Assembly: GCA_051362555.1 (NCBI GenBank)
Contig: CM120645.1
Location: forward strand, 21,700,001-21,764,000
Direction of reading: 5' to 3'
DNA: 64,000 bases
Origin: Lingula anatina
Taxonomy: Eukaryota > Animalia > Brachiopoda
Position 1 is the stretch's first letter. Each line of letters starts with the position of its first letter. This document shows, one piece after another, positions 11,701 through 24,668 of the stretch. Under the pieces are notes generated by a model. That model did no database searches and had not been told where the DNA came from. It saw only the letters and a list, made by a program, of their open reading frames with translations. The position numbers were made by a program, and so were the translations under genes.

Positions 11701-13369
11701 ACCAGAAATGTTTGCTAGACACACACTAATTAAGAGTACAAGGCACATAGTTTCCGTATGCGTTAACCCCTCGGCCCCCCGTTCCCCGTCTAACAACGCT
11801 ATCAATAAGGACCATTAGTAAGTCCCTGTGGGATCATACTCTTCACACAATCGATCATTAGTAGTGACAATTCATCCACACTTTTATGCCATCAAAACAT
11901 TCACTGGGGCATTTTCACATATCTAAGACATACTCATTATTGAATATCAACCTTATATATACTGGTAGGTGCACTCGATTTTCAATCCCTTACGTATGTT
12001 CATGTACGGACTGATCTCTAATTTATTTATTTGGGGGTATTTCTACGATAATTTAAGTAAAAAAAGGTTGTTATGTAAAACGAGTTGCATATTAAAAAGG
12101 ACACTTTGAATGATGGAGCATTGTCAGTCTGAACTCAAGAATGCAACAGATGCGACGTCCTCGAGCAGCGATCACAATCCTAAGCACAATGACGCTTTGG
12201 GCACAACCGGTGCTTCAATCGCAGTTGATCAGTCCAGAAATTCTTCTTCGACCATGAGCAATTTGAGATAGATTTTGTTCAGCTTTTTCATTATACAACC
12301 TGCATTTCAACAGCTCGAATTCATACATTTTCATTTTGCTCTCTGTGGTATATAACTGGGCCGCAGGGTCTACGGCTGTTTGCCTTCACTTGTCTCCCAG
12401 TATTCCAGAAGCTTTTTGTTTTTCATTCACTCTGAGATGCAGGTAATCTGCTTGCGCGTACAGAATATTACGGACCTTCCTTCAGCTGTTGCCCCACTCC
12501 TCTCCACAACCCTGCGCGTTTCTTTCAAGCTGTGGTCCTGTATTGTTGAAATCAAACTTAATTTCAGACTAGGGGAATCGTGTCAATAGAAAGACTAATT
12601 CTTATGACCCCGAGTTGCAGAGTTCACCTTTATATTATCAACACACATTTGCTGTTAACATTAACCTTCGTTATCCAGGGTGCGCACGTGCTGATATTCC
12701 CTTCTACCCTGCAAATGTTTTCCGTCATCTGATACTTTGAAGGTGGGTTGCTTGGATCAGCTGGCTATTAACATCGACTGCAAGATGATATGATTTTATC
12801 TCTTTTTTCTGAGGGTAAAATGCATAACAAATCCGTGTTGTCTGTATTAATAATACGCAAATTACTGCACAAGGTATGAAGAACCGTACGTGGGAGAGTA
12901 GGGAATTTTTTTAACAGACCAAAGTCCTTCGGCTGGTAACTTTTTGATCGTGGCCACCCTAGCATGCTTTTATGAGATGTTTTGTTCATAAATTCAAAAA
13001 TTAAGCAATTGATTGTTATTAGGCCAAAGGCATTCGTTCTTTAAAATTTGTAAAACTGAAAAAATATTTGACTTTCGGCACTGGGGTTAAATTATCAAGA
13101 ACACAATCAAAGTGCGTTCAAATGGTTACTTTGCACAAAGCGTATGCACACACGTACACTCACTCACTAACATGCAGGTACCAGTACATAAGCACGCATA
13201 CAGTGAAGGTGCACACACACATACTTGTGCATGAAAACGCACTAAAGAAACAATCCAAATACATTATTTACACCTCGAGTTTCCCGGTATCGGTATATAC
13301 AGCACACTCATCGACCACAACTTCACATTTGGGCCTTAGCTCTACAGAAGCACACGCACACACATTAAA

Positions 13370-13399
13370 TCACACACGCACACGCACGCACACACACAC

Positions 13400-13442
<43 letters not shown>
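13370..13442. repeat. (CA)n/(CACG)n microsatellite upstream of caveolin
   Basis: Directly visible. Confidence 0.9.
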
Positions 13443-13888
13443 AGATGCAATACCAAATCCAGATTTTTCCGATGCGTTAGCTGAAGTCCACTAAGTATAA
13501 ACCATATAATTGATTCACATCAACACATGTCAGGTAAATAAATAAAAAAAAAAAACTTACATGCCATTTTTTTAATCAAAAGTAGCTGTCAATTTAAAGT
13601 GCCATTTTTTTTTTCAATTATGCACACCCAAACCCTTCTTAATATCACCAAGAAAGGTACATGTATATATTATTTCAAAATCGGAGAGTCATCACCCCTC
13701 TCTCAGAATGGGATCGTCTTCAGCTGGCATCCGTTGTTTAGCTTGATCTGAACATTTGCAGCTGGAATTTACTACCAGCGTCCGCGGCAGTTTAGGACGA
13801 GAGACACCGCCTAACCGTTGAGGTCAAGCACTTGGGTTATCCTTGCACGTTTACTTCTCTTTCGGCGAGTTTTACGTCCCACGCGAAA

Positions 13889-14092
13889 ATGTCGGATAAG
13901 AAAGCTGACGAAGCCGCAAATGAGTCCTCCATCCCTTTGACAGTTGGTGGAGAAGAGACGAAACTGGAAGAGCCTCATCAAGATGTCAACATCGATCTGT
14001 TTGATAGAGATCCTAATCTGCTGAATGATAACTGCAAGGTAGGATTAATGTTTCGGTTTCTCTCTCCCTTTCTTTTCTCTCTTTCCCTCCGT

Positions 14093-14127
<35 letters not shown>

Positions 14128-14139
14128 CTCACACAAACG

Positions 14140-14181
<42 letters not shown>

Positions 14182-17100
14182 ACCACATGCATGCATCTAT
14201 TTATATCAACTGATAATGTCAATCAAAAACGAACGCAAAATTTTTTGCTTTTCTAGTCCCTTAAAAACGCATGAAGCCTCCTATTTCCCCAGACTAGCAT
14301 CATGGAAACATGAAGCCTTGCACAAAATGCTGATAACACGGAGGCAATTCTGAAGCAAAGCTAGTGCTACATGTAGTACCGCGGGATACCGGTCTTGTAA
14401 AATAACCAGATGCACATACAGCTCTGTGGACCAATAAAACCTGCAAATGGAGCCCACCACCAGCCACATATGGCCATTGGCTCCAAAACGGTTCCGAGGG
14501 GCGAGGCTATCTAGAGCTGGCAATTCAGTAGAACGGAAATTTAATTTACAGAGGATTCTGTCAGCTTGTGGACCATTCAGGGTGAAAATTATGCAATCTT
14601 TCTATGCTATGTGTTGGCGCTTGAGAGCTGTGTATCTTATCACTTAATGGTATGTCTAACTGTTCTTCAAACATTTATAAACACAGTGACCCAGTAATCT
14701 GATTTGGTAACAGAATATCAGTCTCACGCCCATCCGATATATAATGCACTCTCCGGCCATTACCACCTTATTATACCGTTCCTTGTTTCACATCCACTTA
14801 CTAGTAATAGAGACAATGAAAATGCAAGGGATGAAATTATAGTCTTGTTTCTAGATTTTCTGTCTCTTTGGTTTAATCCTAGATCTCCAGGACTTCAGGT
14901 CAATTTTTTAGGTACCAGTACTTGACTTTCTTTCTTTTCGGTTTTCCTATTTGGGATTTTTCCAACAGTTCCTGTTCTCATAATAAGAAGATATGAAGCC
15001 GATTTCCAGGCACCTGAAAAAGCAATATCTTTAAAAAAATTAATCGGGACCTAGAAATCATTTCTGGAAAAACCTCTAAGAAATTGGAAAAAACAATACA
15101 TCCCGGTTTATAATACGCAGTCCCCAGGAAAACTGTTTTTAAAACAGCCCGTTATCAGAGTCAATTCACTTGAGGTTCCGGGTAACAGTATACAGCTAAC
15201 AACGTTTTCATGACCTTCTTCGTCTCCCGTTACTAACACAAATTGGTTAATGGAAAAGATCAATACAAACTGCTACTGAGTGACGGGCAGCGGAGCAGTT
15301 TCACTGTAGAACAGTAAAATGCCTTTGGAATTGAGACAAAGGGTAAAATATCCCCTTCGTGCCGCTATCTGAAACTGCTACCGTTTAGTTAAACTAAGAA
15401 ATATAACTTAGCTCGTTTCCCATCGGTTTAAACCAAAAGCTCTACTGCATCGCTTTGATTCACTTTGGTCTTCGTTTCGCCGCCAGGTGAACTATGAGGT
15501 TTAAAAAGGTTTGTGTATGAGGGGGGGGGGGGTTTATAGGGTTTTACATGGGGATACATGTAGCAATCAAGCGCTCTGTACGTGGATCACTGGTTACCAC
15601 TAAGAGTGTACATCAGTGTGGTTTTAAAGCGAAACTGAAATGTTTTACAATAGCCCTTTCCATTAGCATGAAATAAATACTCATACGAACAGTTCGACCA
15701 ACAATTGATTCCTTTACCACATGCTATGAACCGTGAATTAAGTATGGAATATCACCGTCATCGCCAGCATCAATGTGAACCTCCCTGTAAACGGGTTGAT
15801 TTGGTTATTATATGCTGCAAAGGCTGAGAGCGATGATTAAGGACTGACTGGTTGCCTCACTGCGGAAACGCCATTAGACACTTATCCAGGTTTGTTTTCC
15901 CAGGGACCGATTACACGAATATGCATATTTTATCCTGAGCTGGTTTTGTTGCTATAATCTTGCTTCCATTGGTTTTAGTCGCGTGCTGAAAACATGAAAA
16001 CGAATACTCTTGTAAAACAATGCGGTCAGAGATTCAAAAGATTCGCATTATTTTAAAAACGGTTCATGTTTCAGGGTAATTTCAATATTATTGTAAGCCC
16101 GCCAATCTTTTTTTTCTATGAAGACGGGTTTTATAATGGAACGGTAGACATGAAAAACAATCACGTTGGAAAAATAAGAATGGGTTCCCACAGATTTAGA
16201 TCGATCCATCTGGATCGAGCTAACTCCCTGGGGGTTCATGCTACATTGCTGTCAGCCGAGCGCGCACGGAAAGTTAATTACCCCCTTACAGCTTTTAGTA
16301 GGCGGGACAGACATTTAAGCTGGCTAAGCTGACAGCAATCTAGTGAGACTCCCCACGGGGATAGATCGATCTAAAAATCTGTGGGAATGCAGTCTAGACA
16401 CCATGCAACAAGACGTCCCCGCTGGCCACATTGTTCGCAATCACCTCGAAACTGTTACAAACATGGAATAATCGATGTCTAACGTGCATCAAGCTAATGG
16501 AAGGCTTCTCCATGGGACTCCGTTGTTATGAATTAGGTAATGGGTTTTTGCGACATTATATCGCTGGATGAATCAGCTCTGGTTTTCCATGCTGCAGTGA
16601 ATAATTTCTATACAAATAACTATAGAGTTACAATTGATGTAAAACCAATGTTAGTGTTGCAGATGTGGCCGATTGTTTAAAAAATGACGAGATATTAACC
16701 CTTTGGCGTTTTTAGGCGTATTCATTAAATAAATTGCTATCATTTTTGCTCATGTTTTACTTATTTATCTATTTATCAGGAGACAACAAATGAGCCCATC
16801 TTCGTCCTTTTTATAGCATTTGAAAAGCGGGCGTAAACCTTAGCCCCATTCACACGAGACACTTTCAATCGCGATTAGTGCCAAATCGCGATTCTATCGA
16901 TGTAAAGCTTCTAGTGTGAACGCAGTAGAGACGTCAAATCGCGATTCAAATTAATCCTACTCGAGAGGTGGATTCTATCGATAGTGCCATTCACACCTAC
17001 ATGGTTAATCGAGATTAAGGGAATCGCGATTCTAACGCGCTTAGCTAAATTCACTTTTTTGCGTTCACACATGTAAAAACGAAATCGCGATTTACCTTGC

Positions 17101-20100
17101 TAGATCTGGTAATTGCAACTGCGCTCCCTAGGGGAGTCACGGTATATCCTGTTGATCATGCGCAGTAGCTGCCTTCAAGACCATGCTTTCGGTGTGTACG
17201 GTGTTATTTTCTGTTTAATACTCTCATCGGCCCAAATATTTAGTTATGCTGCCACTGAGTTTTCAGACCAGTACGTCCTCGTGGCCATTTTGCTGACTGC
17301 TAAGAAACTTGAAATTGCGTGAACAGTTTCTTTTCTTTCACTTTCCAGTCGGCGAATAGATGTATTTAGCTAATGTTTCAATTTATACCCGACATGAAAT
17401 AAAATTTATTGTATTGTATTGTATTGTACTTAGGGCCTACGATATAAACTGTGCACGCGCCTAAGTCCTCAACTTCCGGTGTTAACATCGATCCCGTTCT
17501 CACTAGGAAATTTTATATCGCGATTTAAGTTTACATCGATAGAATCCACCTCTCGAGTAGGATTAATTTGAATCGCGATTTGGCGTCTCGACTGCGTTCA
17601 CACTAGAAGCTTTACATCGATAGAATCGCGATTTGGCACTAATCGCGATTGAAAGTGTCTCGTGTGAATGGGGTTGATGTAAACTTAAATCGCGATATAA
17701 AATTTCCTAGTGAGAACGGGATCGATGTTAGCACCGGAAGTTGAGGACTTAAGAGGCGTGCACAGTTTCTATCGAAAGTACAATATAATACAATACAATA
17801 AATTTTATTTCATGTCGGGTATAAATTGAAACGAAACATTAGCTAAATACAGCTATTCGCCGACTGGAAAGTGAAAGAAAACAAACTGTCCACGCAATTT
17901 CAAGTTTCTACGCAGTCAGCAAAATGGCCAAGAGGACGTTCTGGTCTGAAAACTCAGTGGCAGCATTACTAAATATTTGGGCCGATGAAAGTATTAAATG
18001 GAATATAACGTACAAACCGAAAGCATGGTCTTGAAGGCAGCTACTGCGCATGATCAACAGGATATACCGTGACTCCCCTAGCGAGCGCAGTTGCAATTAC
18101 CAGATCTAGCTAGGTAAATCGCGATTTCGTTTTTACATGTGTGAACGCAAAAAATACCCCATTCACACTACAGTTGCAAAAATGCGCATTTCTATAATCC
18201 GAATTTTTCGTTAGGAATCCGATTCGGTATTGCGTTCACACACGCTAAGCGAATCCGAATCCCACGTTGAAAATTTCAGGTTTAACTTCCTGTTTTGAAC
18301 ACTCGCGCATGCGCCGCACAGAAAATCTTAAAATACCAACAACAATTTGTGACGACAAATGCAACTCTAAAGACATTCCAGCATTCTTGAGAAGTATAAG
18401 ATGGCAAAATAAGTTTGTTTCCTCATGTTGTAGTGAGTGGCGACCTCCAAATACGTTTGGTGCAATCGCTAAAGTAATAAACAAGCGTTCATAGATACCC
18501 GCACTTATCTGCACGCATGTGCAGTTAGATCTGTACAGGTGTCGATTCCGGTAAGTTATCCGGATCGCGCTTAGAAATCCACCTCGCTTGCAGGATTTTG
18601 AAAATGCGCATTACAAAAATCCTCTTGCGTTCACACTACTGCATTTATTCGAATTGTGACCTAATTCGCAATTTATCCGGATAACTGAGCGTAGTGTGAA
18701 CGGGGTAAAAGTGAATTTAGCTAAGCGCGTTAGAATCGCGATTCCCTTAATCTCGATTAACCATGTAGGTGTGAATGGGGCTGTTACGCTGAGCACCCAG
18801 CACGGCATTCGAGCACGCAGAGTTTCAATCTCAGTGCTCTTCTGAAACTACTGGTGTTACAAGGCAGGTCACCTTCCACTTGACCTAAACTGTTAAACAC
18901 GTGTTAAACACATTACGCACTCTTGGTACCTGTTCATCATCTAAGGAATTCCTGTTTGGTAAACACAAGGTGAAGAGATATAATTTACATTTGACTTCTG
19001 TTAACCCGATAAGCAGCATTTGTTTTAATGGGGATGAATATTTTCTACCTGGAGTATTTTCATTTTACAATGGTGGGGGTGGGAGGTCGGCTGTTTCTCT
19101 GAAACTATCTGCTCGATGTTTCTTAAAACATCTAAAATATCTAAATTCAGAGAGATTCACAATCTCGTTAACGAATTTTCAAGAGGAGGCGTTCTACGCT
19201 GTTGCTGTGATTGCACTCAGCGAGAGTCCTCGTGGAGTCGGATCACACGAGCTAAGTCGACATAACATATTCTGAACAGACTGCCCCAAATACACCATCA
19301 CCATGAAATTGAAGGTGGTGTAAAGGTGGGTCCAAAAGATAAGACCAAAATAGGTCAGAACACGTAACATATCGGCTTGACCTTTATCTGAGAGCGTTCC
19401 CTGGATTTACTTAAAACGAGGTAGGGGCGGTGATTGATGTCATATTTACAAAATATGGAGTACTTGTTCACCGGCATCTCCTGGGCTCACTCTTTACGGA
19501 TAATCCGCTTATTGTGGCAGTGCGTTTTGAATTAAATCGACCGCGGAAAATTCCATTTCTGAAACTGTGTTTAGATAGCCATATGTCTTGAAACCGAATT
19601 TACTTGATGAAATTTCAATGAAAATATAACTTATCAAATCAAGCCATTTCCCGGACCAGAAATAAGTATACTGTATATAAATTTAGATCTCTTCCTTCAT
19701 AAGTTTGCAAAAATGGACATCGTTCGATATCCCTGGCTTCAGCCTTTAGTCAAAATCCCTGGGCAAAGATATGTGTTATTTCACATATATAGATTTTTTC
19801 CGGTCAAATGAAATAGTTTCTGTTCTGCCACACTGTGGAAGCCATACAGAATTGACGATCATTCCCAGACGTCACCACAGACAGATAAAACCTGATAAAG
19901 AACGACATAAAATCGACTTAATTTCAAACGCAAAAACCCTTTACAGAAACGGAGTATGTAGTTAGAGATGAATCCCTTGGCTTATGGTTATCTTCGCGCA
20001 TTTCTGTGTTATAAAAGGCCTAAATAAAGGACCACGTTGCATTAGCCAAGACGCAATTCATGTGGCTTTTTTTCAAGCACGCAAGAACCGCTGATGTGCA

Positions 20101-23100
20101 GAGTGAATTTCAATTTAAACAAAGGCGTATTGTGGACTGCACTTACTGCTGCAGTCACTGATGTGTTATTGCTATGTTGATCGAGATGTTATAAATATTT
20201 CCCTGGGCAGGATGTTACATTTTGAGACAATTTACTGCTCTTCAATTTATATTCTTGTGAACCACCGTGGATTTGATAATGTTGATTTTTTGTTTATTGT
20301 GGGAAAAGAAACCAAAACTGGCGAGTTAGTTAAATGAATGAATATGAATATCTGCATATTTAAGTGTTTTTTTATTCCTGGCAACTCAATAGGTAGACTG
20401 ATTTCTGTATTTATATCATAAACCAAGGCGCCCGACAGCCGTCACATTTTATAAATAAGAAAAAAAAAACGTTGAAATATGATAATTCAATAGGGTAGAT
20501 ACAACGATTTCTAACGTGCGACCAAAGACCACGGAATTAATATGAGTGCATGACAATACCTACTATCCGACCTATGCTGATTCATTTTCTGAGAGAAGAG
20601 ACGAGAAAGCAATGGGGGTTTCGGAGGGGGGGTCGGAAGAATCCCTTTTGGGGGGTAAATGTCTCCCCTGGGTAAATTTTTATCTAGGTATACGAATGTT
20701 TCATGATAAAAAGTCCACTTTCTCAGAAAAAGAGCTCCCTTTTGGAAATTGCTGGTTACAGGCCTGGGTGTACTACATGTATACTAGCTCTGTAGATAGA
20801 TTGATAAATAAATCGAAAATATATTGACGGTAGACGATCATCTTCTATATACCCATAGATTTAGACTAAGGTGAAAACATGACTGTTCAGTGCATTATCA
20901 TAAGTATGATAATGCATTCTCGCCTCGGTGAAAATATCACGGTGTCATATGTGAATGAGCCCTATCCGAGATGAGATTCAACTTTTTGCCTAGTGATGGT
21001 TGCATAATTATTTCACCTTGACTTAATTCAGTGCGAAAACGGCATATTATTTTATCGATTATTTTGCTCAGGCTTCTCCTGTCTCCTGACGATGATGGAT
21101 AGACATGGGATAAAGCATATGCTTAAAACCTTTTATTTTCCAAAATCGATGGGTTTGTCACACGCACACTGGAAAACGTTGTAAAAAGCGTCACGCCTGT
21201 CTGTGCGTCTGTCTGTCTTTCAATCTTGACATGTCTAAAGAACAAAGGAAGGGGACCTGAAAGGAGTAACGACATGTCAACATTCGAAATTATAACTTAG
21301 ATTTTACTTCAATTAAAACAAAAAAAAAAAAAACAACTCTTCCGTGACCAGAAATATGAAAATAAAATCAAATTATCAATCGTCTCTTACCATCCCTTCC
21401 AATTATATTTTGACGATCGGTGTTATTATGCGCCACAATTAGAAACATATACATATAAAATGTGTAATGGTTACCAAAAATGGAACACGTGTGAACTTAC
21501 GAGGTGATTTAACGTTGTATTAATTTACAATTTCAGGTTCGTTTTGAGGACATTATTGCAGAACCGGACGACTCAGTATACAGCTTTGACAAGGTCTGGA
21601 TCCTGAGCCACAAGGTAGGATATTGTGTATGCTAGTCAGTGAGAATGTATTATTTGGAAGAAACTCTGTATTTTCTGTAATTTCTGCACTACATACCTGT
21701 ACTAGTCTACGTTGCAATTACAAATAAATAATAATTAAAAAGCAAATTATAATAAGAAATAGAATATCACAATAAAGAAAGGAGGGAATAACAGGTCGGT
21801 TGGATTATGTTTTCCTGTTCGTACCCTGAATTTCAAAAGTTCAGAAGAGACTGGACACTCACCTCTCTACCACTGAGGAGTCTGGAAACGCACCTCTATA
21901 TAGGCGGGACATTAATGACAATATTTGGGCGAGTTCCATTGCCGTCTAAAACACAGGATGCCTGTTTGAGATTCAACAAATGTATTTTTATTATAAGAGA
22001 TCCTTGAATTGACTACAAGATCTGTGTTACATACATGTATAAATATGTGGTTTGTGCAATGTGTGCGTACCTGCTGTTCAATTTATAGTTTTAGCACTAT
22101 GAGAAAACTATTACACAGCATGCGATGCATATTTCGCATTCACTTAGAAATTCCTGAAGTAGCTGCATCGACATATATCGCTATGGTTGTAGTCCCACAC
22201 TTTCCATTAGATATCACACTCAGAGCTACTGAGACCCACACGAAAATCACGGCTTTAGGGCATAATACATTAACATTTCACTTTTCCATTAATCGTGAAG
22301 CGTGAATCGTGATCCTGTATTTCCATTACGAAAGTGACACAAAAACTAGAGCTAGTTTATCCTGGTACATCTTAATTTTACCAACGGTCTTGGATACTGT
22401 GTAGCTTGTGATTGGTCATTGGGTAAAAATTTGAAATTTCCAGGAAAAAATACGATTGTGTTGTATAAAGTCATAATTACGCTCATGGCTGGCCTGAAAA
22501 CATTTTCCAGGTGCACTTGAATGCTCTAGTAAGGCCACAACCGCATGCTGCTACACATCATCGTAATCATGTTCGCCTGAGTTACACATTCCGTTATAAG
22601 GAAAATGAAAACAATGCCGGCACGCAGTGCAGAATCCATGCGTTTGTTCCGCACATTGCGTTTCACGAAGGCCAAGTCTTTTTATACATACGAGACTATT
22701 TATAAAACATAAAGAAATGCCTTTGTTTTCCATCATGTTTATAGAACTAGTTTTTTGTGGTCAATTTTTAAAGGTATATAAGGTATCATTATAGAAGACA
22801 GCTGGAAGAAAAGGTCACGACTTACTGGACATTGCCACTTAGCACTGACAAGCGTGAACTTCACGCTTATTTGGGCCCTATCTGAATTGATCACGAGTTT
22901 ATATATCAAAATCTTCAGCTGCGTTGGGCCGTCCAGTCTGTGCTACAGTAAGCCAAGCAAGTCAATTCCATGTTTTCCAATAGCCATCTCTGTTGCAATT
23001 AATGCCGCTTAACATGCAGCGGCACCTGTGAACGCATCAAAAGCGACCTAATGAGACTTGATGCAAACGAGGCTTAAAAGGTCTGTAATCAGAGCGACTA

Positions 23101-24630
23101 AATGCACTGCCCACGCTCCACGCTTCTGATGCTGTGAGCGTATTTCCTATTCCTTTATAGGAATATCACAAGACAATCATAACTGGTAAATTGCAAATGC
23201 AAATTTTGTAATAGACTCACTTCTACAGTAGCCTGCTAGGGTACCCCCTGTGGTTAGAAAGTACTTGCTGTCATCGTCCACTCGAAATGAAGCTACACAG
23301 GCCTGGATATATGTATCACAGTGCCCATAACACTGACTAGGGACCACACGGGTTCACAGTTTATACACCCCATTTAGAGCTGGGTCAGTGTTTATGCCCG
23401 GTACCGTAGGTTCCGTTTTTCTACAAAAAGCACAAATGGTCTAATTTCTACGTCGTCCTAGACCATCAGGCACGAAACCCTATCAGGGTATTACAGTACT
23501 TTCTTGATACAACAGAACCGAAGCTATTCCCCATCTGAACACGTGTTTTCAAGAGAACTAAAATAGTTTGTAAATTAACGTAGTTTCAGTCTTAAGATGG
23601 GTATTTGTAGTGAGCCCTGGGTGCAGTGTCCTTTATCCAAAATTTAAAAAGAAGAGCCCAGGAACAGGAGAGACCTTACGTAATTTTTGTCACCAAGGAA
23701 TTGCTCTCGCTCATTAGTACGTGGTCGGTAATACAAAATATTATTAGAATCTTTTCCTAAGATACCAGAAGTGTTTTGTACCTATGCGGCATATCAAATC
23801 AGTCATGTTATCAAGGCTCTTTGGTGAATTGAGGTTCGAAACGTCATGTCCCAACGGTAGACTACACGTTTTGTCTCTTTAGGTATGGTTTTACTTTTGA
23901 TCAGCATTACAAAGATACAATGAAAAACTCTACATGTAGATGCAAAGTCTGTCTAGCAGATTTGAAGGATTGTTATTCCTCCCTTTATATTCCAAAGAAA
24001 AGTAAGTAAAATGTGCATTTTCTCAGTTTCACCAGATTTGAGCCACAGAACTGATATTTTGTCAGAATATAACATCCTTTTAAGCCCAGTTGTATAGCAA
24101 AGGTTCCAATCCTCCTTAGCTTTACAGTAAGTTATTGCATTGGGCGTTAATTCCGGTAGAAGCGCACAATTCCAGCGAGCATAGACTTTGTCACCATTTA
24201 TTGATGAGATTGCAACGGTTACTTGGTCCAAAGTCGTTATTTCTAAGAGTAATAAAACTGTCATAGTGATGTAGTATGTATGTCTAAAACATATTTGTAC
24301 AAGACCCTGAACGATCTATTAAAAAAGAAAACATGTCGGAAATGCTGGGATATGTCATATGAAACGTGTGAAGCCAAGTCTGTCAGTAAAACATAATTCA
24401 TCTAATTGTTTGAAAATACGTGAACGGGCCTATAAAATTTGCAAACACTTTGATAATGAATGTTCTTTTTGTCTTTCTTGCAATTATTCCTTAATTTCTA
24501 AGGCGAGTTCGGTTAAACTCGATAACACTTCTTTGCTTTCTTGCCTCTTGAAATTAAGTGGATTGAATCACAAGACGTAGCTCGCAGAATACATGCAGTT
24601 ATCACGTACAGCACCACAGGCTTATGTATA

Positions 24631-24668
<38 letters not shown>

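Larger units (their letters stand above)
16842..18782. mobile_element. Non-autonomous Harbinger element (outer copy, family H1) hosting two nested insertions
   Basis: TIRs AGCCCCATTCACAC/GTGTGAATGGGGCT with 3-bp flanks CTT/GTT. Repeated AATCGCGATT palindromes and an internal Myb/SANT ORF relic. Confidence 0.85.

Noticed and set aside
13068-14222. ORFs with HTHT / CVCV / RERE runs
   Set aside because: Microsatellite translations; only 13889-14038 is real coding sequence (caveolin exon 1).
17113-18096. Duplicated ORFs MQLRSLGESRY... on opposite strands
   Set aside because: Non-ATG antisense frames of the two H1 MITE copies; the meaningful frame is the opposite-strand Myb relic.
20891-20916. 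12-bp-arm palindrome TGCATTATCATA-AG-TATGATAATGCA
   Set aside because: Short, AT-rich and single, with no supporting context.
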